Positions 10,140 through 19,552 of a DNA stretch of 64,000 nucleotides are shown here, in pieces. The stretch covers positions 32,001-96,000 of the IMG/VR virus record IMGVR_UViG_3300027974_000023; one strand, given 5' to 3'. The translations under genes and the position numbers were made by a program. Below the pieces are notes generated by a model, which worked only from the letters and a program-made list of their open reading frames with translations, did not search any database and had not been told where the DNA came from. Every line of letters begins with the position of its first letter. The first letter of the stretch is position 1. The stretch is from a virus.

Positions 10140-11633
10140 TTAGTGTTCTTCAACAATATAACCTTGGTTAATGTACTCTTGTATTTCTTTAGGAGTGAGT
10201 TTTGCAACCATTCCGCCTTTTTGTTTTTTCCATGGATATTGACCAGACTTTCTGTATGTATCCATTTTTGCTTTGTGTCCATAAGTATCAGCAAACTGAG
10301 ATACCTGTACAGGTTTGCCATTAAGTGATTCAGCATAACCATATACTTCAGGATCTAGTACTTTACCATATAAAGAGTATGGTTGATAACCTTGAGGATA
10401 CTGTGCATTATTAACTTTAACTGATTTTGCTGTATTATTTGGTTTATCAACTATAACATCTTTTGGTTTAGATGTTTGTGAACCTTTAGGTTTTATATAG
10501 TCTTCTAAAGAAATTATTGATTCACCCTTAGGGTATACAAATTGTTTTTTTATTGACTTTGTTTTTGCAGCCAATGATGGATTAGTAGGATATTTTAAAT
10601 TTTCTTTGTTTAAGAACTCATCAAGTTCTTTTTTTGATTTAAACTGATCTTTTTTTAAATTAGCTAATATATCTTTTCTTTGCACATAGTTATTATATGC
10701 AGTAAGACTATCTTCATAAGAATTAACAGAATTTCTTGTTTCTATATTAGGAATTTTTTTTGTTTTTTCTACAGATTTTTTATTACCAGATTTAAAATCT
10801 ATTGGCTCAACTTCTGGCTTATAAGGTTTGATTATAGTTTGTGCAGGTTTAGTTTGTTTACCATACACATCTCCAAATTTTGTAAGTGCTTGTGATTTGA
10901 TTTTTTTCATTTTTTGAATGTAAGTATCATTCTTTTTTGCATAGTCCATTTGTTCTTTTTCTGAAACATTAGGATCTTTTTCATAGTTATTTGCAAGCAT
11001 ATTATTCAATGTACTTAAATTATACATTGATAAACTATCATCATAAGCTTTTTTTCTAAATGCATAATCTTTATCATTTTTTGCTGTATATACGCTTGGT
11101 TTTGGTGATTTGCTTGTATTAACACTTTTACCTTTCTTAGCTTGATTAAGTTCTGGTACAGATATGTCTTCTACAATGAATCCACCTTTTACATATTGGT
11201 CAATTTCATCTTGTGTAAGATCTGCTTCTACATCACCACCATCTTGAAAGTGTTTTGCTTTAGGATCAAATTCTCTATGCTTATAATTCTTAAATAAAGG
11301 ATGAACCTTAAGTAATTTGTTAGTTCCAGAAATACTTTTAGTTTTCTTTTTGCTACCTCCTTTTTTCATTTGTGGATATTCATCTACATAGTCTGCTCCT
11401 GGAAAAGTATAGTCTGCTCCAGGAAGCATAATTTGTCTTTGACCTGTATCAGTTACACCAACAACAGGATAACCCACACCTTTCATGGTAATATCATTAC
11501 CAGGAATTCTAGTAGGTAAACCAGGATATTTCCACTGACCCATTGGATCAGTGATTATATCTTTAGGTTTTGCAGGAGCTTTAGCTTTGTCCAACTCAGC
11601 TGTAGCTTTAGATAGAGCTTTTTTATTGTACAT
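10140..11633 (-). CDS. Putative internal virion protein (ITMKGV...PG.DY.F.G N-terminal domain, GG motifs)
   Basis: Compact N-terminal domain, then MKKGG, FQDGG, KQKGG motifs and an internal Y(D/E)DSL repeat. Confidence 0.55.
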   Translation of the reverse strand: MYNKKALSKATAELDKAKAPAKPKDIITDPMGQWKYPGLPTRIPGNDITMKGVGYPVVGVTDTGQRQIMLPGADYTFPGADYVDEYPQMKKGGSKKKTKSISGTNKLLKVHPLFKNYKHREFDPKAKHFQDGGDVEADLTQDEIDQYVKGGFIVEDISVPELNQAKKGKSVNTSKSPKPSVYTAKNDKDYAFRKKAYDDSLSMYNLSTLNNMLANNYEKDPNVSEKEQMDYAKKNDTYIQKMKKIKSQALTKFGDVYGKQTKPAQTIIKPYKPEVEPIDFKSGNKKSVEKTKKIPNIETRNSVNSYEDSLTAYNNYVQRKDILANLKKDQFKSKKELDEFLNKENLKYPTNPSLAAKTKSIKKQFVYPKGESIISLEDYIKPKGSQTSKPKDVIVDKPNNTAKSVKVNNAQYPQGYQPYSLYGKVLDPEVYGYAESLNGKPVQVSQFADTYGHKAKMDTYRKSGQYPWKKQKGGMVAKLTPKEIQEYINQGYIVEEH

Positions 11634-14600
11634 TATCTTTGAGATATTTCATTTTTACTATCACTAATTTTCAAAATGATATTAGTGTTACCTGATATTT
11701 TTTTCTTTAAGTTAATAAAACTCATGTAATGTCTGAATTTTTTTCTTTCTAATTCTGGTTTTGTATAGTCAAGATTATTTGAATTAAGTACTCTTCTGAA
11801 TCCATCAGGTTCTGTAACCCATGTGCTTTCATTTGAATAGTTACCAATCAAAGTTGTAGTTCCTGGTATATACTGACCTTGTCCAGCAGGATAAGGAGAA
11901 CCAATTGGGAACTCACCTCTATTATTAGTTATATCCCAAAACTGATTAAATCTATATTTGTTTTCTTCTTTTGTAAATAAAATATCAAATGAAGTTCCTG
12001 TAGCTGGATTTAATCTTGGAAATTGTCTTGTAAGAGGTAGGTCATTCTTAGGATATATATTAAGATTTAAGTAACCAGATACTTGCTCTGAATTATATAT
12101 CACAGCACTATCAAAGTTATAATCTAATACATGATAAGAGTCAACACAGTTATCAGTTTTTCTGTATGCTTCCATGATATATTCAATGGATCTTGTAGTA
12201 GTAACTGTCTGACCTGTTGTGATTGGAATATCAATTTCACATGCATAATCAACACCATAGTAATTACAGTAGTTATCACAAATCCAGTTATGTCTCCATC
12301 CACCAGTACCTTTTGTAGATATGAATACATCTTTTGTAGGCAATAATAGATCAGGATGCCAGTCATGGAAACTAATCCAGAACTGATTCTTAGGGTCATA
12401 ACTTACAGTCCATGAGGCATCTCTAAATAAAATAGGATCACCTAATTTAAACTTAGCTGATATGTTACCATTAATCATAAAGTAATCACCTGTATTATCT
12501 CCTTTAAGCGGTACATAGGTTACTTGTCCTTTATACTCATCTTTAAGTTGATAATCCTTTTTACAGAAATATAAAATAGTATTTGTATTATCAAATACAG
12601 ATTGACATCCAATACCTGCTACAGGATTATCTTGATAAGGATATAATGGGAAATCTTGTAAAAGCTTGTAAGGTAAGAACAGGGTGAACCACCATTTCAT
12701 ACCTTGCTGAGAAATTTCTTGTAATCCGTCTCCAATTGAGAATATCTTACCTGCCGCTTGAGACATATAGTATATACCTACTGGTGTAGATATAACGGAT
12801 AGTCTATTTTGAGATGCTCCATACTCATATGGTTTATCAGCATTAGTTAATTGTTGAGGTGGTTGACTAAATAAACCTCCATCACCTAATGTAACTTTAG
12901 TACCTAAATCAGTTTGAAGAGTATCTACACCCTGATACATTATAGGACTATCATTTTTAAATGTAATTACAATACCAGATTTGTTTATTGCTTTAACTCC
13001 ACTTACTTTAGATTTAAAAGTTTTATAGTTGTTTACTAAATAAATAAACCAACTATCTTTTACCATCTCATCTTGTTGTGGCAATGAATAAATAATTCTG
13101 TTTGGGTAATAAGTATAACATAAGTCAGCTACATTTGGATTGTAATATCTACTTTGTATAGTACTTAATGAAAAGTATTGATTATATAACTTAGATACAC
13201 TTAATGAATAGTCATATTGATTATAACTATTTACACCAAGTATAGTTGGGTTAGTATCAAACATTGAATTATAATCTGTGAAATTATACGGGTTATAATA
13301 TTTTCTTGCTATTTCTTCTGGTTGTGTTCTAAAATCTACAAGAACTTCAGATTCTACAAAGAAGTCTTTTATAGAAGAAACAGCTAAATAAAATGCTGAT
13401 TGTTTACAAACAAATAATCCAGGATAATTTGATGCTACATCATTAGAATAATTATATTTTTGACCATCGTCTACATAGTAATCAAGATTGTAAAAATCAG
13501 AAGGTGTAACACCTTCTCCAGGAGGAGCTGTTATACTACTACCAGAAAGAATAGTAACAATGTTTTTAAAATCTACAGCCCCTGCTAAATCTTGAATATC
13601 ATATTTTCTACTATTCAATCTGAATCTTGGATTAGGAATCATACTTCTTAAATAATAGTTATATTCAAAACCATCAGGTTGATCATATAACCAATCATAA
13701 AAAAAACACATGCTGTCTTTTTCAGTATATCTATTAATATATGTATCACCTCCAAACATTAAAGGAGATCTGTAAATTGTATTCTTAGTTTTGTTTACAC
13801 CATTACAAACTACAGTTGATGGATTAACTATAGTATTAGCAATCTTTTGCTCACATGTACCAACCGGTAATTGTTTAATAGAATCTAATTGACCATACTG
13901 GTTTCTCACTCTACCTCTTATAGCACCATAGTGACTTTGAATAGGTAATGAAAAAGTACGATCAAGATGTGTAAAATCTGGTTTGACTGTACCTGTAGGT
14001 AAGTAATTATTAAAATCAGATGCTTGTAACAAAGTACCTAATGTTGTTAATGACTTATCACCAGATAATAACTTAGGACCTATATTTTGATTATTACCAG
14101 CTTTTGTTCTTACAACTACTTTAGGTGATCTTTTTATATTATTAAGACTATAAGATCTCCACGCACCTGTGTTATCTTGATATCTAGAAACAGTTTGTAT
14201 ATTATCTCTTAAATAAAAACCATCTTCCATTTTAAATCTTGTGATATCTGTATTTAAGTTTTTATCCATATTTGAATAAAAACCGTATGCTTTTTGCTGT
14301 AATGCAAATTGTTTATATCCTACTACAGCATAAATCAAATCTAATGTTACTCTTGCTCCTTCAGAAAAGTAAAAAGCAATTTTTGCAAGATTATTAAGAA
14401 CAGCAAGAGCTGTTGGTAAATATTGTGAAGGTGCAAATTCTGTATTTAATTGTGAACCTGTGTACACACCACCATCGGCCGATAGTCCAAGTGCTGCATT
14501 GGTACTGTATATAGTTTCTAAACCACCACCACCAGCCATTGCATCTGCAATTATTACACCACCTACTCCATAAATTGTTTTTGATTTTGTAAAGTCAGCA

Positions 14601-17122
14601 AGTATATTAGCAAATATACCAGGCTCAGATGCTTGTTTAGGTTTAGTTGTTATTTTACCACTTTCAGCACCCGGAAGTGAGTAATTAACATTAACATTAT
14701 AAGAAGTAGCTGTACCAGCACCATTTATACTTTCTTGTCCTGATGCACCGCCCGTAATTGCCTCACCTGTCATATCAGGTATCTGAATATCTTGATAAGC
14801 AGGCCCTGGAGACACAGAACTTCTTTTACCTACCATTGATATTATAGCTTCAGCTAAACCACCAAATATCATTGGTACTATAACTGCATCTGATAATAGT
14901 TTGAATTTAGGATGATCAGATGGAGTATTAAAATTTTGCTGACTATATCCTGATAACGGACCATATGTTTTAAATTCTGTTGTAGATAAAAATGGTGTTG
15001 TCATCATAGTATCCGGTGAATGGAAACTAAAAATATCACTAGGTACAGTTTGATTATATAATGAATTTATACCAGCTTTAATAAATGGATCATTATATCC
15101 AGCTACATTTGTACCCAGTGTATTACTCAAAGGTTCAATTGTATTAAATGGATAATTTGCATATAAACCAGTAGCACTAAGATTACCTGTTCCAGGAATT
15201 TCATATGTTCTAAAGTTATTTACCATACCTTTAGCAACAATGGTTTTGTTTCCTTCTCTTGATCCTCTTAGAATTTCATAACCTACAATACCAGCAATAT
15301 CATCACCATCATTATCTTTCGGTAATGCAATGTTTTCAAAGTAAACCCCCATCAATCTAATAAAGTAATCATTAGAGTTATTTTGAGGATTTGTATTTCT
15401 TCTAAAGTGTGTTACTGTATCTGCGGCACTTCCTGCAGTATAGTCTTCAGGAAATTTATGATGTCTGATATGCTTACCACATAAATCATAAGTAGTACTT
15501 GTCTCTCCTGTCCAACAATGAGCAGAAGTATTCCATATATCATCACGGTTATCTGGATACTTTTCAGTTGATTCCCAGTATCCCATGTCTCCTGTTGCAA
15601 TAACTTTTCCACCATCATCACTAAAAGTACCAACTACAGCAGATGCATTATCTATTGTAGCAGTATTATACACTTCAAATACTTTGTCATCTGAGTATAG
15701 TGTATTTTGGTTACCTACTAATAGAGCATCTTCTAGTAGAGATCCTCCATTAGGAACGTTAAAGCTTCTAGGAGGTCTTCCTGGAATATGATATGTAGAA
15801 GTTTTATCTCCAGTGTCATAAGCCCATCTAATGAAAAAAGAATATACTTCATCTCTCATGTAGTTAGTTTTATTACCACCTTTCATATAATACTCAGCAG
15901 GGTATTCTACAGAAGCCCACTTAGTTTTAATTAAGTTAGCTAAAGGTTGATAATTAAAATCAAACTTACTTCTTGGACCAACTCTTAATAAATAATTATT
16001 AACCTCTGCCATTTGATCAGAAGTTTCAAATACTGGAGTTTGTAAAGGTAATTGTTCAAGAGGTATAGTTATATTACCTCCATTATCAATTTGATCAATA
16101 CTTATAGTTGATGTATTAGTAGAGTATATACCCATTAACTGAGCCACAGTCTGTTGATTAACACACTTTACAATAACTAATTGAAACTCATCAAAGTTTT
16201 TATTATCTGCTGATACATTTAAAGTAAGAGATCCTTGAAGATCTTGTGGAGAATAAATAAATTGGTAGTTACTTTGAGCAAAGTAATCAGTTACTTTTTG
16301 ACCTTTTATTGTATAAGCAATAAGAGCAAAATAAGTTCCGTTTGCTAAAGTACCACCTTGTTGTCCTCTTGTTAAATTTAAACAAGGAGTGGTCATAAGT
16401 CTTGCTAGTCTTATATGCTCACAATCTAATTTGTTTGTATTTGTGCATGTAATACAACCTATTGGTGTATAACCAGTTTTTGGAACAATTACATCAGCTT
16501 CATCTTTACATTTTTTTATCCACTGTACATTTGGCCAAAGCATTTTAGTTCCTCCAGGTCCTTGGTAGTAATTTGCATTTGTTCCAATTGAAGTTACGTA
16601 AAAATATTCAGGACCAGGCCATGTTTGAGGATCTCCAATATTTAAGTATCTATCAGGGTTTAAACCATCTGACCAATATACTTGCCAAGTACAATCCTCT
16701 TTTAATCTTGATACACCAGATATTAAATATCTTTTATCAAAAGCTAAACATACATCAATAACAATTGGTTTGTAACTACAATTTTCTTCTTCAAACAAAC
16801 CAATTTCAGATGATACTGGTTGACCATTTGTATTATGACCAGCTGTAAAAATTAACCATTTATCTGAAAAAAGATATATAGCGCCTATTACTAATTTTTC
16901 AGTAGCGTTAACAGGCATAAAATTACCTGCATTAAAACATAAGTAATTAGCTGATTCATTAGATATAGAACCTACTTTACCTGTCTTAGAGTTATTAACC
17001 ATGTTGACAGCATGGGTCCACATTCCTTCTGTTACATATGATGGATCAGAATCTTTATTTAGACCCTTTATGAAACTATCATTTATAACTTGAGAGCTAT
17101 TTTGCATATTGTTATCAGCCAT
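11633..17122 (-). CDS. Tail muzzle/stabilization protein (crAss-like, P22 gp10-related)
   Basis: 1829 aa. N-terminal F.KGLNKD motif, RDEVYSF, GGDTYI, WISFHDW.P segments. Beta-rich, follows the ring proteins. Confidence 0.8.
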   Translation of the reverse strand: MADNNMQNSSQVINDSFIKGLNKDSDPSYVTEGMWTHAVNMVNNSKTGKVGSISNESANYLCFNAGNFMPVNATEKLVIGAIYLFSDKWLIFTAGHNTNGQPVSSEIGLFEEENCSYKPIVIDVCLAFDKRYLISGVSRLKEDCTWQVYWSDGLNPDRYLNIGDPQTWPGPEYFYVTSIGTNANYYQGPGGTKMLWPNVQWIKKCKDEADVIVPKTGYTPIGCITCTNTNKLDCEHIRLARLMTTPCLNLTRGQQGGTLANGTYFALIAYTIKGQKVTDYFAQSNYQFIYSPQDLQGSLTLNVSADNKNFDEFQLVIVKCVNQQTVAQLMGIYSTNTSTISIDQIDNGGNITIPLEQLPLQTPVFETSDQMAEVNNYLLRVGPRSKFDFNYQPLANLIKTKWASVEYPAEYYMKGGNKTNYMRDEVYSFFIRWAYDTGDKTSTYHIPGRPPRSFNVPNGGSLLEDALLVGNQNTLYSDDKVFEVYNTATIDNASAVVGTFSDDGGKVIATGDMGYWESTEKYPDNRDDIWNTSAHCWTGETSTTYDLCGKHIRHHKFPEDYTAGSAADTVTHFRRNTNPQNNSNDYFIRLMGVYFENIALPKDNDGDDIAGIVGYEILRGSREGNKTIVAKGMVNNFRTYEIPGTGNLSATGLYANYPFNTIEPLSNTLGTNVAGYNDPFIKAGINSLYNQTVPSDIFSFHSPDTMMTTPFLSTTEFKTYGPLSGYSQQNFNTPSDHPKFKLLSDAVIVPMIFGGLAEAIISMVGKRSSVSPGPAYQDIQIPDMTGEAITGGASGQESINGAGTATSYNVNVNYSLPGAESGKITTKPKQASEPGIFANILADFTKSKTIYGVGGVIIADAMAGGGGLETIYSTNAALGLSADGGVYTGSQLNTEFAPSQYLPTALAVLNNLAKIAFYFSEGARVTLDLIYAVVGYKQFALQQKAYGFYSNMDKNLNTDITRFKMEDGFYLRDNIQTVSRYQDNTGAWRSYSLNNIKRSPKVVVRTKAGNNQNIGPKLLSGDKSLTTLGTLLQASDFNNYLPTGTVKPDFTHLDRTFSLPIQSHYGAIRGRVRNQYGQLDSIKQLPVGTCEQKIANTIVNPSTVVCNGVNKTKNTIYRSPLMFGGDTYINRYTEKDSMCFFYDWLYDQPDGFEYNYYLRSMIPNPRFRLNSRKYDIQDLAGAVDFKNIVTILSGSSITAPPGEGVTPSDFYNLDYYVDDGQKYNYSNDVASNYPGLFVCKQSAFYLAVSSIKDFFVESEVLVDFRTQPEEIARKYYNPYNFTDYNSMFDTNPTILGVNSYNQYDYSLSVSKLYNQYFSLSTIQSRYYNPNVADLCYTYYPNRIIYSLPQQDEMVKDSWFIYLVNNYKTFKSKVSGVKAINKSGIVITFKNDSPIMYQGVDTLQTDLGTKVTLGDGGLFSQPPQQLTNADKPYEYGASQNRLSVISTPVGIYYMSQAAGKIFSIGDGLQEISQQGMKWWFTLFLPYKLLQDFPLYPYQDNPVAGIGCQSVFDNTNTILYFCKKDYQLKDEYKGQVTYVPLKGDNTGDYFMINGNISAKFKLGDPILFRDASWTVSYDPKNQFWISFHDWHPDLLLPTKDVFISTKGTGGWRHNWICDNYCNYYGVDYACEIDIPITTGQTVTTTRSIEYIMEAYRKTDNCVDSYHVLDYNFDSAVIYNSEQVSGYLNLNIYPKNDLPLTRQFPRLNPATGTSFDILFTKEENKYRFNQFWDITNNRGEFPIGSPYPAGQGQYIPGTTTLIGNYSNESTWVTEPDGFRRVLNSNNLDYTKPELERKKFRHYMSFINLKKKISGNTNIILKISDSKNEISQR

Positions 17123-17124
17123 AA

Positions 17125-18183
17125 TTATATAACTTTAGTATTATAATTTAATCTTGTATAGTTACCAACTGTTGGAGCCTTGAACATATCATAGTATTTA
17201 GAATACTGTGCTCTTCTGTTAGTCCACCATAGTTGCTCCATCTCTTTAAAGTTTGGAGTATTAACTAAACTTAATGCATTCACTCTAGATTCTTTTAACT
17301 CAGGTAGGATGACCTGCAGTCTTTGAGCTACATCCTCACCATTTAAATATAAATTCTCAAGAATTCTTTTCTTGAAAGCATACTCATAGTAATCATTAAG
17401 TCTTGGATGATCAGGAACCATTAAGTTTCCATTCTCATCTTGTAATTCTCCTTGGTAGTTTACATACACATGACCATCTTGGAAAGTAGTAAAAAGAAAT
17501 CCATCTTTAAGCCATCCTTCATCTGGACCATTATGATATAAATTTGGACAATCACCATCAATGTTCTGACTAGCTTTCATTCTTAACTGAGTCATCACAG
17601 TATATTTTCTTGTAAGTCCTGGATGTACTACTTGTATTAGCTCATAAGATTCTCCTTTACAATTCATAAATACTCTTGGAGCAATACATGTATCACCATA
17701 AGGATTATTAGGATCATATTCTGTCGGAATAGAATTTGTAACTGGAGTATTTAATTCACAACCTGCTGTATGATTACATGGATTTGAATTACATGTTCTA
17801 CAGTTTACTGTTTCTGGTGTGCATAAATCTATACCTCCTGGGAATTCTTTGTATTTTGCAGGAGCAGGAAATGGTCTTTCTTGTATATTAGTACCACCCA
17901 TTCTACCATCATAACCAACATGCTCGGTTCTTTCATGACAAGACATACCATAATTCCACACATAGAAGTCATCTGGAAGCTTAACTCTTCCATGACAGAT
18001 ATCTAGTACAACTTCTTTAGTTTGATTGATTCTAAGGCCTAAATCATAATTAATCTTTCTAGCAAGTTTGATTAATTGTTGAGGCTCTATCATGTTTTCT
18101 AAAGCAAAACTTGATAAGTCAATTTGAACATCTTCCATCAATTGGTCAAATGTTCGGAAGCGGAGTGTGTAATTAAAATCCAT
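17125..18183 (-). CDS. Tail ring/tubular protein (R1-like) with Cys-rich insertion
   Basis: VKLPDDF and DENGNLMVPD motifs of crAss-like ring proteins. Adjacent to the muzzle gene. Confidence 0.65.
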   Translation of the reverse strand: MDFNYTLRFRTFDQLMEDVQIDLSSFALENMIEPQQLIKLARKINYDLGLRINQTKEVVLDICHGRVKLPDDFYVWNYGMSCHERTEHVGYDGRMGGTNIQERPFPAPAKYKEFPGGIDLCTPETVNCRTCNSNPCNHTAGCELNTPVTNSIPTEYDPNNPYGDTCIAPRVFMNCKGESYELIQVVHPGLTRKYTVMTQLRMKASQNIDGDCPNLYHNGPDEGWLKDGFLFTTFQDGHVYVNYQGELQDENGNLMVPDHPRLNDYYEYAFKKRILENLYLNGEDVAQRLQVILPELKESRVNALSLVNTPNFKEMEQLWWTNRRAQYSKYYDMFKAPTVGNYTRLNYNTKVI

Positions 18184-18854
18184 TATCTTAAGATATTTTG
18201 ACCATCATCAGAACCATCTGTTGGAATCTGTGCAGCCATGGTTAATTCTTTAACAACATATTGTTCTATTTCAGAAAATAAATATTCTGGAAATGGTAAT
18301 GCATTATCTTGTCTAAGTTTACATTGATCTTCTTTAGAACATAAGTAAGCACTTTTATCAGCATCAAATATTGCTTCAACTCTGATAGCATCCCAATCAA
18401 TATTAGGACAATATAAGTAACCTTCTGAAAACCAGAAGTATCTTCTTTTATTATATTTAAAAGTAGTTGATTTTGTAATAGATACCCATGTACCTGGTTG
18501 AGTTCTGTACATAATATCTGTACCATCAATAGAAGACACAGTACGGATAATAGGACCCATTATACCAGATAGTATTCCAGGGATTTTTTCTTTACTTCTC
18601 TTAAAGTAACATCCTGAATATACACCAGTACAGCCAGCCTCTATCTTATCTACATCAATAAGTTCTACATATGGTAATACAGTGAATATAGAACTTATTT
18701 TCATAAGTCTATACTGGTTGTCCTCTCTCTTTAAGAGAGTCTGCCCATACTTCAGTAAAGAATAATATATAGTTCTGTCAGTTAAGAAAGGATCCTCCTT
18801 AACAGCTTTTAATGTATTTCTTACTCTTGATATAGCTTCTCCAATTGTTGTCAT
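18183..18854 (-). CDS. Tail ring protein (R2-like)
   Basis: Size, synteny and C-terminal D...N motif of head-tail ring proteins. Confidence 0.55.
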   Translation of the reverse strand: MTTIGEAISRVRNTLKAVKEDPFLTDRTIYYSLLKYGQTLLKREDNQYRLMKISSIFTVLPYVELIDVDKIEAGCTGVYSGCYFKRSKEKIPGILSGIMGPIIRTVSSIDGTDIMYRTQPGTWVSITKSTTFKYNKRRYFWFSEGYLYCPNIDWDAIRVEAIFDADKSAYLCSKEDQCKLRQDNALPFPEYLFSEIEQYVVKELTMAAQIPTDGSDDGQNILR

Positions 18855-19432
18855 AGGTCAAATTCATTATATGTTTTTAAAGCTTCAGACTGCTCTTTAG
18901 TTTTTCTATCTTTATATACTTCTTTATTATAAGTAAGCTTAACTTGTCTTCCATTTTCAACTACAACATATATGTTCCAGTTCTCAGGATATGTTTTTGC
19001 TACACTTCTTTTAAAATCTCTACAAGCAACAAAAGTCCAAAACTCTCTATTCTTTATCTTATGTTTTGGTGCAAAATTGCTATAGAATATCTTTGCTAAT
19101 TTTCCATCAGTGGCAAAGTTGTTATTGGAAACTTGCACACCATATGTTTTGGATTTATTAAAGTCAACATTATATTTCTTACTTTGCTGACAGGTTCCAA
19201 TAAAAAGCCATCCTATTTGTTCCGGTAACTGAACACCATCTCTGGTATCTATTACTGTATTATATACATATTGATTAAATGTTTTAGCTATTTTCTTTAA
19301 AGCTGCATTTGTCAACTTAGCATATTTAGGATGCTTCTTTCTAAAATTATCAAAGAACTTTTCATTTAAAACATTGTAAACTTCTGGTCTAAATCTTGGA
19401 GCTGTTAAATCTGGTTTCTTAAATTCCTTCAT
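18851..19432 (-). CDS. IHF/HU-like protein of crAss-like phages
   Basis: Start re-assigned to MKEFKKP (19432) because the upstream extension crosses a terminator. GVQLPEQIGWLFI resembles the HU/IHF beta-arm. Confidence 0.5.
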   Translation of the reverse strand: MKEFKKPDLTAPRFRPEVYNVLNEKFFDNFRKKHPKYAKLTNAALKKIAKTFNQYVYNTVIDTRDGVQLPEQIGWLFIGTCQQSKKYNVDFNKSKTYGVQVSNNNFATDGKLAKIFYSNFAPKHKIKNREFWTFVACRDFKRSVAKTYPENWNIYVVVENGRQVKLTYNKEVYKDRKTKEQSEALKTYNEFDL

Positions 19433-19461
19433 AATAATATAGTAAAAATATGTGATATTAG

Positions 19462-19469
19462 CAAATATA
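19462..19469 (-). promoter_or_regulatory. Bacteroidetes sigma-A -7 element (TATATTTG)
   Basis: Matches TAnnTTTG, 30 nt upstream of ATG 19432. Confidence 0.55.
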
Positions 19470-19474
19470 GCTAT

Positions 19475-19504
19475 AAAACAAAACCCCCGCAAGTGCAGGG
19501 GTCT
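19475..19504 (-). terminator. Intrinsic terminator
   Basis: GACCCCTGC-ACTT-GCGGGGGTT hairpin followed by a U-rich tract on the minus strand. Confidence 0.8.
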
Positions 19505-19542
19505 GTCCGTAGTTGTAGAATAAACCAACAAACTTCAACTAA
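19475..19542 (-). ncRNA. Candidate 3'UTR-derived small RNA (stem-loop with UUUGUUGGUUU loop plus terminator)
   Basis: Stem 19510-19518/19533-19541. The loop is antisense to the AAACCAACAAA leaders of other genes (see findings). Confidence 0.4.
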
Positions 19543-19552
19543 CTAATTATAT

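Noticed and set aside
19433-19531. Upstream extensions of track ORFs (also 33287-33337, 36824-36844, 55335-55376, 62706-62732, 26087-26113)
   Set aside because: They run through promoters, terminators or neighbouring genes. Downstream ATGs with A-rich leaders are more plausible.
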